Shown piece by piece: positions 35,454 through 48,679 of a DNA stretch of 51,602 nucleotides. How positions within the stretch are numbered: the first letter of the stretch is position 1; each line of letters opens with the position of its first letter. The DNA is from Octopus bimaculoides (taxonomy: Eukaryota): contig NC_069004.1 in NCBI RefSeq assembly GCF_001194135.2, positions 26,928,874 to 26,980,475 of the forward strand, given 5' to 3'. The notes beneath the pieces are model-generated. The model saw only the letters and a program-made list of their open reading frames with translations, searched no databases and had not been told where the DNA came from. The position numbers and the translations under genes are program-made.

Positions 35454-36912
35454 AGAGGTTTCTCTCCGTTTCCGTCAATCAAGTCCACTGGATTCTTTCG
35501 GGTCGGGGCTATTGTAGTAGAAAATTACCCAAAGTGAGGTGCACAGGGATTGAACCAAAGACGACATTGCTGGAAATCAAGTTTCTTAATCACACAACCA
35601 CGCCTGTGTCTATATGAGTATATGTCTAAGCCAAAATTTTCTATTTTGCATTTCCTTATGGTTAAATTACTTTTAAATAAAAAAAATATATTACCTTTTT
35701 CTTCTTGTAAAGGCATTAAGTTCGTTATGTTTACCAAAAACATGTGCAAAATATCATAAGTTATATAACCAATCTTATTTTAGAAGCAAATTAGCCAAAT
35801 CTGAATTTAATCCCGATAGGAATATTATGACTGCATTTTATAATTCCAAAAAGCAGTTTTAAAACCTGAGAAGCATCGCACTTCTGTTCTCAATAAAAGT
35901 TTGCAGAAATTAAATACATTTTCGTTACAATAGAGATTTGCGTGAAGAAGTGACTATAGAGTGAACGACTTTTCATGACTAGTTTTAGACCTGCAGGAAA
36001 TTTCTTAAATACTAATTGCTTCTTGATGAATTATGCCATGAATGAAAGTAATAAGATTTTTGCTTATAGATTCGACTTTAATTTGAAATCTAATTTTCGT
36101 TCTTGTTATATCTATAGCGCTATCAGTATGCACTCAATTATTTCAGTCAAAGCCCACTTCTTTGAAAAAAATTGTCTTCTTCTTGAAAAATAATTTTCCT
36201 TGTAGTATGTCCATCTATCGATCGGCAGAACGGCAAGTCTTCGTGGACACTATCTTCATAAGAATACCTGACGTATTCAAATAATTGGACTGAGTTTATA
36301 GTGTCAGTATTTTCACCCTACTGAATTGCAAATTCAGAGTATTTTGAAAAAGATTCTTTCTACATATTGTCCGAATTGGTCATCGTGAATTTCTGAAGTA
36401 CGGCTACTAACTGTATTATTTAATAGAGAAACTTTCCTTATTTCATTTGCATTTTTTTTCCATGAACAGTTTCTCTCATTTTTATCACTACTGGTAACAC
36501 AAGTTCACCACCGATGCTATATCTGTATGTGCACGCGCGCGTGTGTGTGCTGGTGTGTGTTTCTTGATCATACCATTATATAACCAGCTTCAAAAGATGA
36601 CTGTAGGTTCGATAACCTAATGTCTATAATATGAATAGGACTCTCAAGAGATTGCTTCTGTCTACTGAAAGATTCCGATAGCTTTCCAAACATTTCCCTT
36701 GGCTTCTTGCTATAGCAGGAATGCCTTCATTCAAATATTTTAATTTACTTTATAGGCTTCATTCTTTCATTCACCCAACAATAATTACAAATGAAGCAGA
36801 CAGGTTTTTCTTCGCTATTTTTGAAAGTGAAAGTGAAAGCAAATCCTATCACAAGTAAGTTTCATTAAATTACCTTTTTTTGGCGCGAAGTTGAGTCGTA
36901 GTTTGAGGGTTA

Positions 36913-36989
36913 CTTGCGAATTCTTTACAATCCTTGCGAATTCTTGACAATCCTTGCGAATTATTGACAATCCTTGCGAATTCTTGACA
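36913..36989. repeat. 20-bp minisatellite, ~4 copies (cttgcgaattcttgacaatc)
   Basis: Units start at 36913, 36933, 36953 and 36973. Confidence 0.95.
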
Positions 36990-37016
36990 CGCTTCATTTC
37001 TTCTGTTGTTTCGTTT

Positions 37017-37241
37017 TTTTATTATCTTTTTCTTGCTTCAGTCATTAGACTGCAGCCATGCTAGAGCACCTCCTTGAAGAATTTTTTTAGTCGAATGAAT
37101 CGTCCCCAGTACATATTTTGTTGTTAAACCTGGTACATTTGCCTAACTGCTAAGTTACGGGGATGTAAACACACCAACACCGGTTGTTAAACGGTTGTGG
37201 GGAACAAACACAGATACAAAGACACGCACAAACACACACGG

Positions 37242-37272
<31 letters not shown>

Positions 37273-37397
37273 AACGCACACATACACATATATATAAGTT
37301 TATAGTTGAGGATACTTGCCGAACATGCCACGTAGTGGGACTGCACCCTGTACCATGTGGTTGAGAAGGAAGCTTCTTACCACCCAGCCAAGTCTGT
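37017..37397 (-). mobile_element. SINE family B with internal (CA)n
   Basis: cagtcattagactgcagccatgctagagcacc 3' end; gtaaacacaccaacaccggttg body; head gtgggactgcaccctgtaccatgtggttgagaaggaagcttcttaccacccagcc. Confidence 0.8.
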
Positions 37398-38984
37398 GCC
37401 TATATATATATATATATATATATATANNNNNNNNNNNNNNNNNNNNNNNNNNNNNNNNNNNNNNNNNNNNNNNNNNNNNNNNNNNNNNNNNNNNNNNNNN
37501 NNNNNNNNNNNNNNNNNNNNNNNNNNNNNNNNNNNNNNNNNNNNNNNNNNNNNNNNNNNNNNNNNNNNNNNNNNNNNNNNNNNNNNNNNNNNNNNNNNNN
37601 NNNNNNNNNNNNNNNNNNNNNNNNNNNNNNNNNNNNNNNNNNNNNNNNNNNNNNNNNNNNNNNNNNNNNNNNNNNNNNNNNNNNNNNNNNNNNNNNNNNN
37701 NNNNNNNNNNNNNNNNNNNNNNNNNNNNNNNNNNNNNNNNNNNNNNNNNNNNNNNNNNNNNNNNNNNNNNNNNNNNNNNNNNNNNNNNNNNNNNNNNNNN
37801 NNNNNNNNNNNNNNNNNNNNNNNNNNNNNNNNNNNNNNNNNNNNNNNNNNNNNNNNNNNNNNNNNNNNNNNNNNNNNNNNNNNNNNNNNNNNNNNNNNNN
37901 NNNNNNNNNNNNNNNNNNNNNNNNNNNNNNNNNNNNNNNNNNNNNNNNNNNNNNNNNNNNNNNNNNNNNNNNNNNNNNNNNNNNNNNNNNNNNNNNNNNN
38001 NNNNNNNNNNNNNNNNNNNNNNNNNNNNNNNNNNNNNNNNNNNNNNNNNNNNNNNNNNNNNNNNNNNNNNNNNNNNNNNNNNNNNNNNNNNNNNNNNNNN
38101 NNNNNNNNNNNNNNNNNNNNNNNNNNNNNNNNNNNNNNNNNNNNNNNNNNNNNNNNNNNNNNNNNNNNNNNNNNNNNNNNNNNNNNNNNNNNNNNNNNNN
38201 NNNNTATATACTTAGATAGACTAAGCCATTTATCAAAGGATAATTTCTTTCTCATATACGTAATTAAAAATATATGTAATTTACAAGACAATCTTCGAGC
38301 TGACCACAACGATCTCGCTCAGCAATGGAACTGATTTACAGGTCACCACATATCAAAATGGCAGCCATTTTTAGGTTCGTACGTATCGTAAAAGTGTTAT
38401 TACATTTAATCGAATCTTCGAAAAAAGCACTTCTATAAATAAAAGTAATTGCTAAGGGTTAAATATAAAACAAAATATGTTCTAATTACTTTGTATAAAC
38501 AATGACATATGTTTTGGAAACAACTGACATGAATAAAATGTGTGTTTGCTATTCTTTAGTTTCGTATTTACATCTCGCATAATACGTGAATGAAATTTTC
38601 CCCTGAGGAATTGTAGCTGAAAATCATTGATATTCTAATACATTCATTTTAATACAAAACAATTCATTAAAAATAATTTTATGCGAAGTTTAATACAAAA
38701 TGATCTGTTTTAATACTAATATTTTTGATATTAATTACTTTAAATTTCTGAATTATGTATTTTAATCTAATTTAAATTACCGGATTTGTTACATCTTACC
38801 AGAGGAAAAATGAGATAAGTGAACAATGCGAATGAAGCTTCTTATTTCTTCGTTTCAGTAAATTCTGCACATAAGGGCTTCATTTCACGCCTTACACACA
38901 CACAAGTGCACGCACACACAAATGCAAACACACACACATGCATACATACACACATACACGTATATATATATATGTGTATTTATT

Positions 38985-39190
38985 CTTTTATTCTTTTATT
39001 TGTTTCAGTCATTTTGACTGCAGCCATGCTAGAGCACCACCTTTACTCGAGCAAATCGACCCCAGGACTTCTTCCTTGTAAGCCTAGTACTTATTCTATA
39101 GGTCTCTTTTACCGAACCGCTAAGTTATAGGGAAGTAAACACACCAGCATCGGTTGTCAAGCGATGTTGGGGCCAAACGCAGACACACAA

Positions 39191-39221
<31 letters not shown>
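38985..39221 (-). mobile_element. SINE family B 3' half, running into internal (CA)n and a gap
   Basis: ttttatttgtttcagtcattttgactgcagccatgctagagcaccacc...gtaaacacaccagcatcggttgtcaagcgatg. Confidence 0.8.
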
Positions 39222-39850
39222 NNNNNNNNNNNNNNNNNNNNNNNNNNNNNNNNNNNNNNNNNNNNNNNNNNNNNNNNNNNNNNNNNNNNNNNNNNNNNNN
39301 NNNNNNNNNNNNNNNNNNNNNNNNNNNNNNNNNNNNNNNNNNNNNNNNNNNNNNNNNNNNNNNNNNNNNNNNNNNNNNNNNNNNNNNNNNNNNNNNNNNN
39401 NNNNNNNNNNNNNNNNNNNNNNNNNNNNNNNNNNNNNNNNNNNNNNNNNNNNNNNNNNNNNNNNNNNNNNNNNNNNNNNNNNNNNNNNNNNNNNNNNNNN
39501 NNNNNNNNNNNNNNNNNNNNNNNNNNNNNNNNNNNNNNNNNNNNNNNNNNNNNNNNNNNNNNNNNNNNNNNNNNNNNNNNNNNNNNNNNNNNNNNNNNNN
39601 NNNNNNNNNNNNNNNNNNNNNNNNNNNNNNNNNNNNNNNNNNNNNNNNNNNNNNNNNNNNNNNNNNNNNNNNNNNNNNNNNNNNNNNNNNNNNNNNNNNN
39701 NNNNNNNNNNNNNNNNNNNNNNNNNNNNNNNNNNNNNNNNNNNNNNNNNNNNNNNNNNNNNNNNNNNNNNNNNNNNNNNNNNNNNNNNNNNNNNNNNNNN
39801 NNNNNNNNNNNNNNNNNNNNNNNNNNNNNNNNNNATATAGATATATATAT

Positions 39851-39899
<49 letters not shown>

Positions 39900-40902
39900 T
39901 AATAATATCAGGGTAAGAAAAAATTTTTGAAATTTTTTACTACCAGTGGCCTAGCGTGTAGAAAAATTAGTGAGTAGACTATATATTATTCATATAAATA
40001 CAGTGTACATTTTCTTATGCAAGTGCTACCAGTCAAACGCTACAGCAGCTTCGGGACCTCAGTTGGCCTGAGGTGGTCGTACGGAGAGAATGCAAGCTGT
40101 TTCGAGCTTTACTCTTGGAGGCTGTGAACAGCGCAATAAACCTACTTCACTGATATGAGCCTCTCCCTACTAGACCCCTGTCGGGGTCTTTGGCACCATT
40201 CGAATTACGAAGTCATATGTCATATCTATCTACAATTTCATTTGAATCCATGATGAAAAATGTTAAAATTTAATTGCACATTTTTTAGAAATGGTATAAA
40301 AATTGAATACTATGAAAGTAGATATTCCAGTAGAAATATAATACATATTCGTTATCAAATATCAATTTGAGGAAGGAGTCACTGCGGTTCTTCAATCATC
40401 ACGTGGAATTAAAATTAAAATAGGAATTTTTTTAATGACAGAATTTTCGTAAGGGTTATTAAATTATAAATTCATGGATTTGTTTTTAAATGTACAATCG
40501 CAAAGTTATATTTTTATTTGTTTATTTATTTATTTGCAGGAAAAATTGCAATAAGTAGAATATAATGATCCTAAAGCTAGAATTTATCATTAAAAATTCT
40601 TTATTGTACACACACCACTTTCCTGGATTTTTGCGCAACTCCACTTCCCTAAATCTTTACGCCACCTCCACTTTGAGAAGGCCCGTTGTATATAACATTC
40701 AGATTAAATTTGCGGACGCTTTTCGTTGTCCTTCGAGTATCAAAATGCTAATCGAGCAATGGTTCACCTTCCACGTCTCCAGTGATATTTAATCCTAACA
40801 ACAATGAGAGGCAATACTTTATGCACTGGAGACGTTCTATCTCTCGTCTGAGATAAAAGTTTTACAGAGTGAACTTTTCCAAAAGTAAATTATATTCGTC
40901 TA

Positions 40903-42260
40903 CATCGATGGTTCGCAAACATTTTCTGGCTGCCACTCTCTTGCCTCCCAGGACACATTCCTAGCACCCCACCATCACTACCAGCGACACCACCAGCACA
41001 CCACTTCACCATAAACATAGATCATTTCTTTCTACTGCAAATTCAAAACAACTGTATTTCACAAATAAAAGTTAACCTGGTTAACCCATTATTTTGCTTT
41101 TTTTTACAATATGAAAGAACAAATTTACATCTCACAAGTAACAATGTTGTTTTCATATTGTTATTGCAATGGATGTACTTTGTGCGGGGATACCAGCTTC
41201 CCAACATCAGGCTAGAAGACACTAAGAAGTAATCTTAGATCCCCGCGTTCAATAATGTTCAGTCTGGTCTCATTTGCTTACTATGAAGCTAGGCTGCAGT
41301 ATTGAAGCCCCGCTCTTCTGAAATGACTTTGAGAAGGCAATAAAGTACATCTTGACATTCTTCATTCCTCAATACAGGGTAGCTGTCAGAAATATCCTTT
41401 TGCAAAAAAATCCTGATATGAATTTTAGAACTTTGGCCTCAGCTCAAAATCATTTTTAAATGAAATCAGTTCTTTTTCCACTATTCTTGTTTCTTCATTT
41501 CCGATATCAAGGAATCGCCCAGAATGGTAATTTAAGCAGAAGTAAATATTCTGAAGTCCGTCAGAGATATGTCTGTGCAGTCCATCCAGGTTTGAACAAT
41601 ACGCTTGAATGTCATCTTCAGGTGTGCACTTTTCCTTCTCTAGTTGAAAGAGGCCCTGAAACAGAAAGAACTTGCCACGGCTTATGTTACATTTGAATAA
41701 CTTTAACTTGAACCGAAACGTGGAGAGGACTGATTTCTATCTTGATAATGTTTAACTTCATTTCCATGCTGTTGCAAAAAAAAATTCATTCAGCTCTGTG
41801 AGACCTGGTTGATGTTTCTTAGTTCACCACACAACAAAAAAAAAATCAGAATTAGATAGAGTCTTGCAAGCATTCAACAACTGTTTCGAAAACGAAATAG
41901 AGATTTTCACGCAGTTTCCCATTACCATCCATCGAACTTCTGCATATAACAACAGTATTTCTCAATATAAAGTTGTTGAAAGGTGAGGAACTGTGAGCAC
42001 GTGACTTGGTTTTATTTATTGCTGTGATAAGAGCTCAGCGATTTATTAACTACACCGCTTAGGTTATTTGCGACGTTTACATACACACGAGGTATAATAT
42101 TTCCAATACACTGATAAAGCAGCAATGACAACCTACCATCGATAGTGTTTCATCTACAATATACAAATTATAAATGTTCCAAAATGTGGAATACTCTGAC
42201 TTGAAATAACGAAAAACCAGAAAAAATATAGTGATGGCTAGTATTATTCCAAAGGTACGA
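40903..42260 (-). mobile_element. hAT (Buster/Charlie-like) transposase pseudogene with a degenerate terminus
   Basis: Minus strand, with frameshifts: DETLSMVGCHCCF (cf. DGAP.MVG...GF), YAEVRW (cf. TEVRW), ...DDIQAYCSNLDGLH...ETRIVEKELISFKNDFELRPKF...KDISDSYP...ERGF...ERGDLRLLLS...PDVGKLVSPHKVHPLQ*. The terminus catcgatggttcgcaaac resembles CAGTGGTTCCCAAAC. Confidence 0.85.
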
Positions 42261-42942
42261 TGAAGGGTGGGCAAACGTTTGAAAAAATATTTTTTAAACA
42301 GTTCTTTTTTGAAGAATGTCTGCTCGTAAATATTTTGAAATGTGAGTTACTTATAAAATGTGGAAAAATGCCGAAAAAATCCTCGAAAATCCGATTTATG
42401 TAATACAACTATTCTGAGAGTCTAACAAATATGTAGTTAATTGCTTTTTTAAAAATGTACGTAATGATAGAGTTTCTAATGTATAATTTTGAAAAAATTG
42501 TCGAAAACATCGAAAATTAGCGTTGCGTACTTCTTACTGTTGCTCCACTAATTCTAAAAAAAAATTATTATACTAATTTATATTTATAATAACTGTTATT
42601 TTAATCAACGCACGAGTTTATTGAATCAGACCTATATTTAAAGCAAATATACAAAGACAAATTCTAAAGTTTGTCTGAGAGTAGAAATTTACAAAATTTA
42701 TATAATTTTTGTCAACCAATCTTTACTTAGGATAAAAGTCAAAATACCAATTATGGAAAATATGGAGAGTCTCTTACATTTCTCTTAAAAATACGAACTC
42801 AAAACAACAATTGTGCGAAATACATAGAAGTTAAAATTGTAAATGATTTGTTTAGTGAAAGCAATCTCTCTCTTTCGCTTTCCCTCTCTCACGCACACTC
42901 ACTCATTCCCTACACACACACACACACACACACACATATGTA

Positions 42943-43206
42943 TTGGGTCATCCCATAAATAATGTGGTTTTTCAATACTTCTTCTATTTAAAAAAATTCA
43001 GATACACAAAGATATTTTTTAATCCAAAATATATTCTCCTTCATCTTCTACAATGCTATTCCATCTGTCTGGTAGACACGTAAGGCCCCTCTTCAAAACA
43101 TCACTTGTCCCTGACGAAAAATGCTCCTCCAGTACTGTTCTGACCTCATCTACCGACTTTTAATACATGCACTTGAAAAAGCTGCATTATTTATGGGATG
43201 ACCCAA
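42943..43206 (-). mobile_element. mariner deletion derivative (264 bp) with perfect 22-bp TIRs and TA TSD
   Basis: TA-ttgggtcatcccataaataatg ... cattatttatgggatgacccaa-TA. The internal minus frame FSSGTSDVLKRGLTCLPDRWNSIVEDEGEYILD* is a mariner transposase C-terminus. Confidence 0.9.
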
Positions 43207-43339
43207 TATATATCTCAACACCTTTAGGATGAACGGTTGCATATCATCTCATGCCTTTTCATCCTGTTTTGCATGTTTTCATGGGTCAGCTATGAAAATT
43301 GGATTTGAATGTTTTCTATTTTTATTGTCTGCATATTAC

Positions 43340-43371
<32 letters not shown>

Positions 43372-43373
<2 letters not shown>

Positions 43374-43618
43374 TCCTATCATAGTAGGTGCCTTAGGTAT
43401 AATAAAAAAATATTCAGACAAATACATAACAAAAACACCAGGACTTACAAATATATATAACATACAGAAAATTGCACTACTGGGTACTGCACACATTCTA
43501 CGCAAAACACTTTCAATACAGTAAACATAAGAGCACCACAGCAAACCACAGCACATACCCAAGGCGCACAGAGCTGCGCTCGGTAGTGAAGTGAAAGCAC
43601 GTTATAAAAATAAAACTA

Positions 43619-43621
<3 letters not shown>
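43372..43621 (+). mobile_element. R4/Dong-like RLE non-LTR retrotransposon, extreme 3' fragment inside (AAT)n
   Basis: IPIIVGALGIIKKYSDKYITKTPGLTNIYNIQKIALLGTAHILRKTLSIQ* (stop 43522-43524) matches the R4-type VP...GALG...QK..LLGTA.ILR motif. The 3' UTR has a GCGCA/TGCGC hairpin. (AAT)n lies on both sides. Confidence 0.8.
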
Positions 43622-43662
<41 letters not shown>

Positions 43663-43893
43663 GGCCCCAATGAGATGTGGTATCCCATATTTTATGATAT
43701 TTTATAATATTTTATAATATGCATGAATCGATCTGGATATTGCATTGAAATATACATAGGTCATTTTCATTATTATTATTATTATTATTATAAAGTATTC
43801 TCAATGGATCAGTTTTGAGCTCTCTTTAAAGTCGATATATATATATATATATGTATGTATGAATGTATATATGTGTGTATGCATATGTATGCA

Positions 43894-43957
<64 letters not shown>

Positions 43958-44477
43958 CAACATGCTTAGATACACATAAATGTACACAAATTTAGGTGCG
44001 TGTGTGAGTATACGTGGGTGAATATTTATGACGCTTCCTGAATGCTTCTCCATTTACTATTCTCTGGAGAATTTGGCTTGTAGACTGACCACTGGCTTCA
44101 TCACCGCCGCCAGATACACATGTGTGTATGCATGAGTGTGTGAATCTCTTCTTGTGTTTGTATGCTAGAATTATCTATATGTATGAGAATGTATATAAAG
44201 ATATACATTTATATATGAGTAGCAGAACTTGTAGAAATTCTACCATGTAAGTCAGCATATCTGAAAATTTGTTATTATATTAAACAAAAGCAATGAATTT
44301 AAAAAATTCTTTTGAAATCCTGCAATTTAATCAAAACTGTACTTCAAACATAATCAAAATGAACTTAGAAGATATTGCAAATTTTCCTTCTACTATATTT
44401 GACAGATATGATGTGCTTTATAGTTTACGAAAGAAAAGATGAATTAAAATGTTAAAACTTATTTGAATATTCTTTTA

Positions 44478-44925
44478 TGCTTTCATTCTTTTATTTGTTT
44501 CAATAATTTGACTGCGGCCATGCTGGAGCACCGCCTTTAGTCGAGCAAATCGATGCCAGGACTTATTCTTCGTAAGCCTAGTACTTATTCTATTGGTCTC
44601 TTTTGCCGAATGGCTAAATTACGGGGACGTAAACACACCAGCATCAGTTGTCAAGCGATGGTGGGGGTCAAACACAGACAGACATACATATACAGATACA
44701 CACACACATATACATATATATATATATACATATACATATATATAGATATAGATATAGATATACGATGAGCTTCTTTCCGTTTCCGTCTACCAAATCCACT
44801 CACAGCGCTTTGGTCGGCCCTAGGCTACTGTAGAAGACACTTGCCCAAGATGCTACGCAGTGGGACTTAGCCCGGAACTATGTGGTTGGTAAGCAATCTA
44901 CTAACTACACAGCCATTCCTGCGTC
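44478..44925 (-). mobile_element. SINE family B, full length, internal TA/CA microsatellite
   Basis: 3' end gactgcggccatgctggagcaccgcc; body; internal repeat ~44680-44762; head gtgggacttagcccggaactatgtggttggtaagcaatctactaactacacagcc. Confidence 0.85.
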
Positions 44926-44934
44926 TATATATAC

Positions 44935-45008
<74 letters not shown>

Positions 45009-45711
45009 ATAGACTTTGGCTGTTGAAACACCGCCAAGCTCAATCAAGGTTATTTACCAAATGAGATGATTTTCATTTCATGTCGTAGTTTATAGCATTA
45101 CGCTCACTTCAACTTCACATGGCATCTAATATTTTTGCAGATTGACACATAATGGCTTTTAAAGTGCCTAGTTTCTCATGATTCCTTATCAATATTTTCC
45201 TTTTTCCTTCGCTTCTACTTATTTTCGAATATTTAATTTGGTGTCTCATGATATTGCTTTATGCTTACCACACATAATGGGAAAATTAAGAATAATGGGT
45301 TAATTATAAATTACGAAATTTCTACAGAATTCGTGCGATGCACTAGGGGAAAGCGCTCCAGGATGCAAAAAAAAAGTGTTATTGATTGTTTTGTTTTGTG
45401 ACATGAATACGAACTTCTTTTAAAATAAATATCTTTCCACTGATAAAAATGGCCGGAGAGAACTTGTTCTATATGACAAGGAACAAAATTGATGCACTGT
45501 TAAAGTGACCTTCTGCCCAACGGATGGGAATATCTCGTCTAAAGCAGAGGATAAATAGAACACTTGTGCTCATTTAATAACGAATTTACATCTGTTGACT
45601 CCAAGCTATAGATTTTCATAGAGAAGAAAAAATAATAAGTTTTGAATGGTACAACAATGCACTATAATACAAGAAATGGACTATATACCTGTTGTAATTT
45701 AGTGATCTATA

Positions 45712-45750
45712 GTCCGATGATATTTCGGAATACAGTTCCTTCTTCAGATA
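45712..45750 (-). ncRNA. Degenerate hammerhead-like motif of Penelope terminal-repeat type
   Basis: Minus strand: CTGAAGA-a-GGAA ctgta TTCC-GAAA-tatc. Core and stem II are present; stem I does not pair. Confidence 0.35.
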
Positions 45751-46366
45751 TTCTTAGATGAAGTCGGTGCTATAATCTGTTTTCCAACGGCTTTTCTTTT
45801 TTCGGAAGCGTCTCAGTAGTGGTCTCACGAAGTCTCTTCCGGAATTCTTCATGAGAAGTGCTTGAGGTCGGCTATGTCTCAAACTCGTGTGCGTTGGTAC
45901 ATCTGTAGCGCTGCTTCTAAGTTATGTGTTATACGTGCAGCTTCTCATTTTTTTCCTTCTTTTTTTTCCTCTTTTTTGTTAGAAACAATACATGAGCATG
46001 TTATTAAGAATGAATTTACACGCATCCAGATGAAGCTAAATAATATATTGTAATAATATATATAGATTTTCATATGTGCCTGATATCATGGGTTCAAAAT
46101 GCTAAGCAACATCGGATTTACTTCAAGGTCCGAAAAATACTGAGGTTTTCAACAATAAACAAAACAGATACCGATTCTCTAAATGCGTTCGATTACTGGC
46201 ATAGCGAAGATATTTAAAGCATTCCAAAATTAAGATTCTGCTTTTGAATTTCATTGAATAAACATCATGTAACCATCTATGCGTACAGCATACACAAACA
46301 CTTACAGAAACAGTAATGGAACACAAACACCTGAATGCAAGTACATCCATATATATATGCATACAG

Positions 46367-46398
<32 letters not shown>

Positions 46399-46643
46399 TA
46401 CAGACTTTCGCTTACATATTCGCAAATTTCTGCAATCGTCTTAACTTGAATGGAAAATCCCTTTTAATATGTAAGCGATGTTCATGTATTCTGAAAAGAT
46501 TGAAATAAAACCCTCACAAAAACACATATATATTCATAAATAAATACGTATATACTTATGTAATATATACATCCATATACATATGCTGCACATATACTAT
46601 CATACAAGAATACTCATACATTCTAAAATACAAACCGACATAC

Positions 46644-46679
<36 letters not shown>

Positions 46680-48110
46680 TTATTTATTTATTTACGTATG
46701 CATGCATGTATACATTCATAGTTCTATACATGCAGACATACATGTGTGTGTAGGTATTGGCATGAACGCCTCGATATCTACGTATATACGTGCCTGCTCA
46801 GCTCATGTTCTTTGAATTCCAATTAAAGATCTTTCTTTGTGGGTTAGAAACCAGTTCTTTCTATTTGTAGAATATAATGAGAACATACATATATAAGTAC
46901 ACATATGCATACATACATACATGCACACTCACACAGACATATACATATGTGTATATATGCACATATATATATATACATGCATATATGCATACGTACATAC
47001 ATACTTACACAATCAAACATATATATATATATATATGCCTGCATATATAAACACACACTTGGATACATTCATGCATACATATATCCAGTTATCCAGCCAT
47101 ACATACATACACATATACATGCTTACATACATTCACATGTTCATACATACGTACATATATTCACACACATACATACATGAATACATACATACATACACAC
47201 ACACACTCGCATACATGCATACATGCATACATACATACATACACATACATTCATGCATACATACATACATGCATACATACATACATACATATATACAAAC
47301 ACACACATTATTGATGCGGCGCCTATATGCATATTAGGAAAAAAAGAAAAGCTCCGTTCAGTTTTCAGCATAAACATGGATTACTTTCAAAGCCGTTGCC
47401 TGGCTACATGATGAAAAGCAATATGGACGCCATTAAAGTTAATAACTAAAACAGCGACATTTATTACATGTGACATTTATTCTCAACTATCATTTGTACC
47501 ATTATAATTTGAAAGAAAGAAAAATATGTTCTTGCTTTTATTAATCTTGTTTTAATTTATTTCTGTCTTATTTTCTGCTATTCCAATTAATAATTCAAAA
47601 TTTGCTGCTGGAGTAATATTTATTTCATTTGTTATTTTTCATCAAAAACATCTTTAAGATTTTTATCGCTTTCTTCGCGGATATATTTATATTATATTTT
47701 CGTTTCCAGAAGGATTTAAACACAGATAAATGTAATGATGAGTAAGAAGAGAGAAGAGAGCTTTTATAATCCTTTTATTTATGCATTTATTTAAATATAA
47801 ATATCTAAATATGCAAAGGGAATGGTTATGCAGTTATGAAGTTTTCTTTGCTATCATTTGGTTAAGGTCTCTATTCCACTGCTCGGCAGTTTGAGAGGGG
47901 GTCTCCTACTGTGGCCCTATGTGAGGAATTCGGTGACCAGAAAACTTTCTGTTTCTCTCTGTACATAAACACATTCACAGACATACATTACTATATATGT
48001 ATACAAACATGCATACTTATATATATATGTATATACATATATATATACATATATACATACATATATATGTATGTATATATATATATATATATATATATAA
48101 ATATATGCAT

Positions 48111-48153
<43 letters not shown>

Positions 48154-48355
48154 NNNNNNNNNNNNNNNNNNNNNNNNNNNNNNNNNNNNNNNNNNNNNNN
48201 NNNNNNNNNNNNNNNNNNNNNNNNNNNNNNNNNNNNNNNNNNNNNNNNNNNNNNNNNNNNNNNNNNNNNNNNNNNNNNNNNNNNNNNNNNNNNNNNNNNN
48301 NNNNNNNNNNNNNNNNNNNNNNNNNNNNNNNNNNNNNNNNNNNNNNNNNNNNNNN

Positions 48356-48387
<32 letters not shown>

Positions 48388-48628
48388 ATAATTTAGAGGG
48401 ATACTATTGACAATCCATTAATTTATTTATATTATATTACATGATATACTATGAATATAATATAACAATATTATATAACATAAATATTGCGGAGATGTAC
48501 TTGCATAGCAAGTGACCTTATCTGAGATCGTGTGCTGGAACGAAAACAATTGCAGCGTGGAAGGTCTTTATGAGCCATTTAAAATAACACACAAAAACCG
48601 TTAGATTCACTTCAACATTTAAATTTAA

Positions 48629-48679
48629 TTTGTCAAAATATTTTCGTCGCTTTGAGACCGCGACCTGTTAACTGACAAA
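48629..48679 (-). ncRNA. Minimal hammerhead-like motif, G3:C8-swapped core variant
   Basis: Minus strand: TTTGTCA-GTTAACA-G-GTCGC ggtctcaaa GCGAC-GAA-AATATT-T-TGACAAA. Stem I is 7 bp, stem II is 5 bp and stem III is palindromic; position 5 is U rather than G. Confidence 0.5.
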
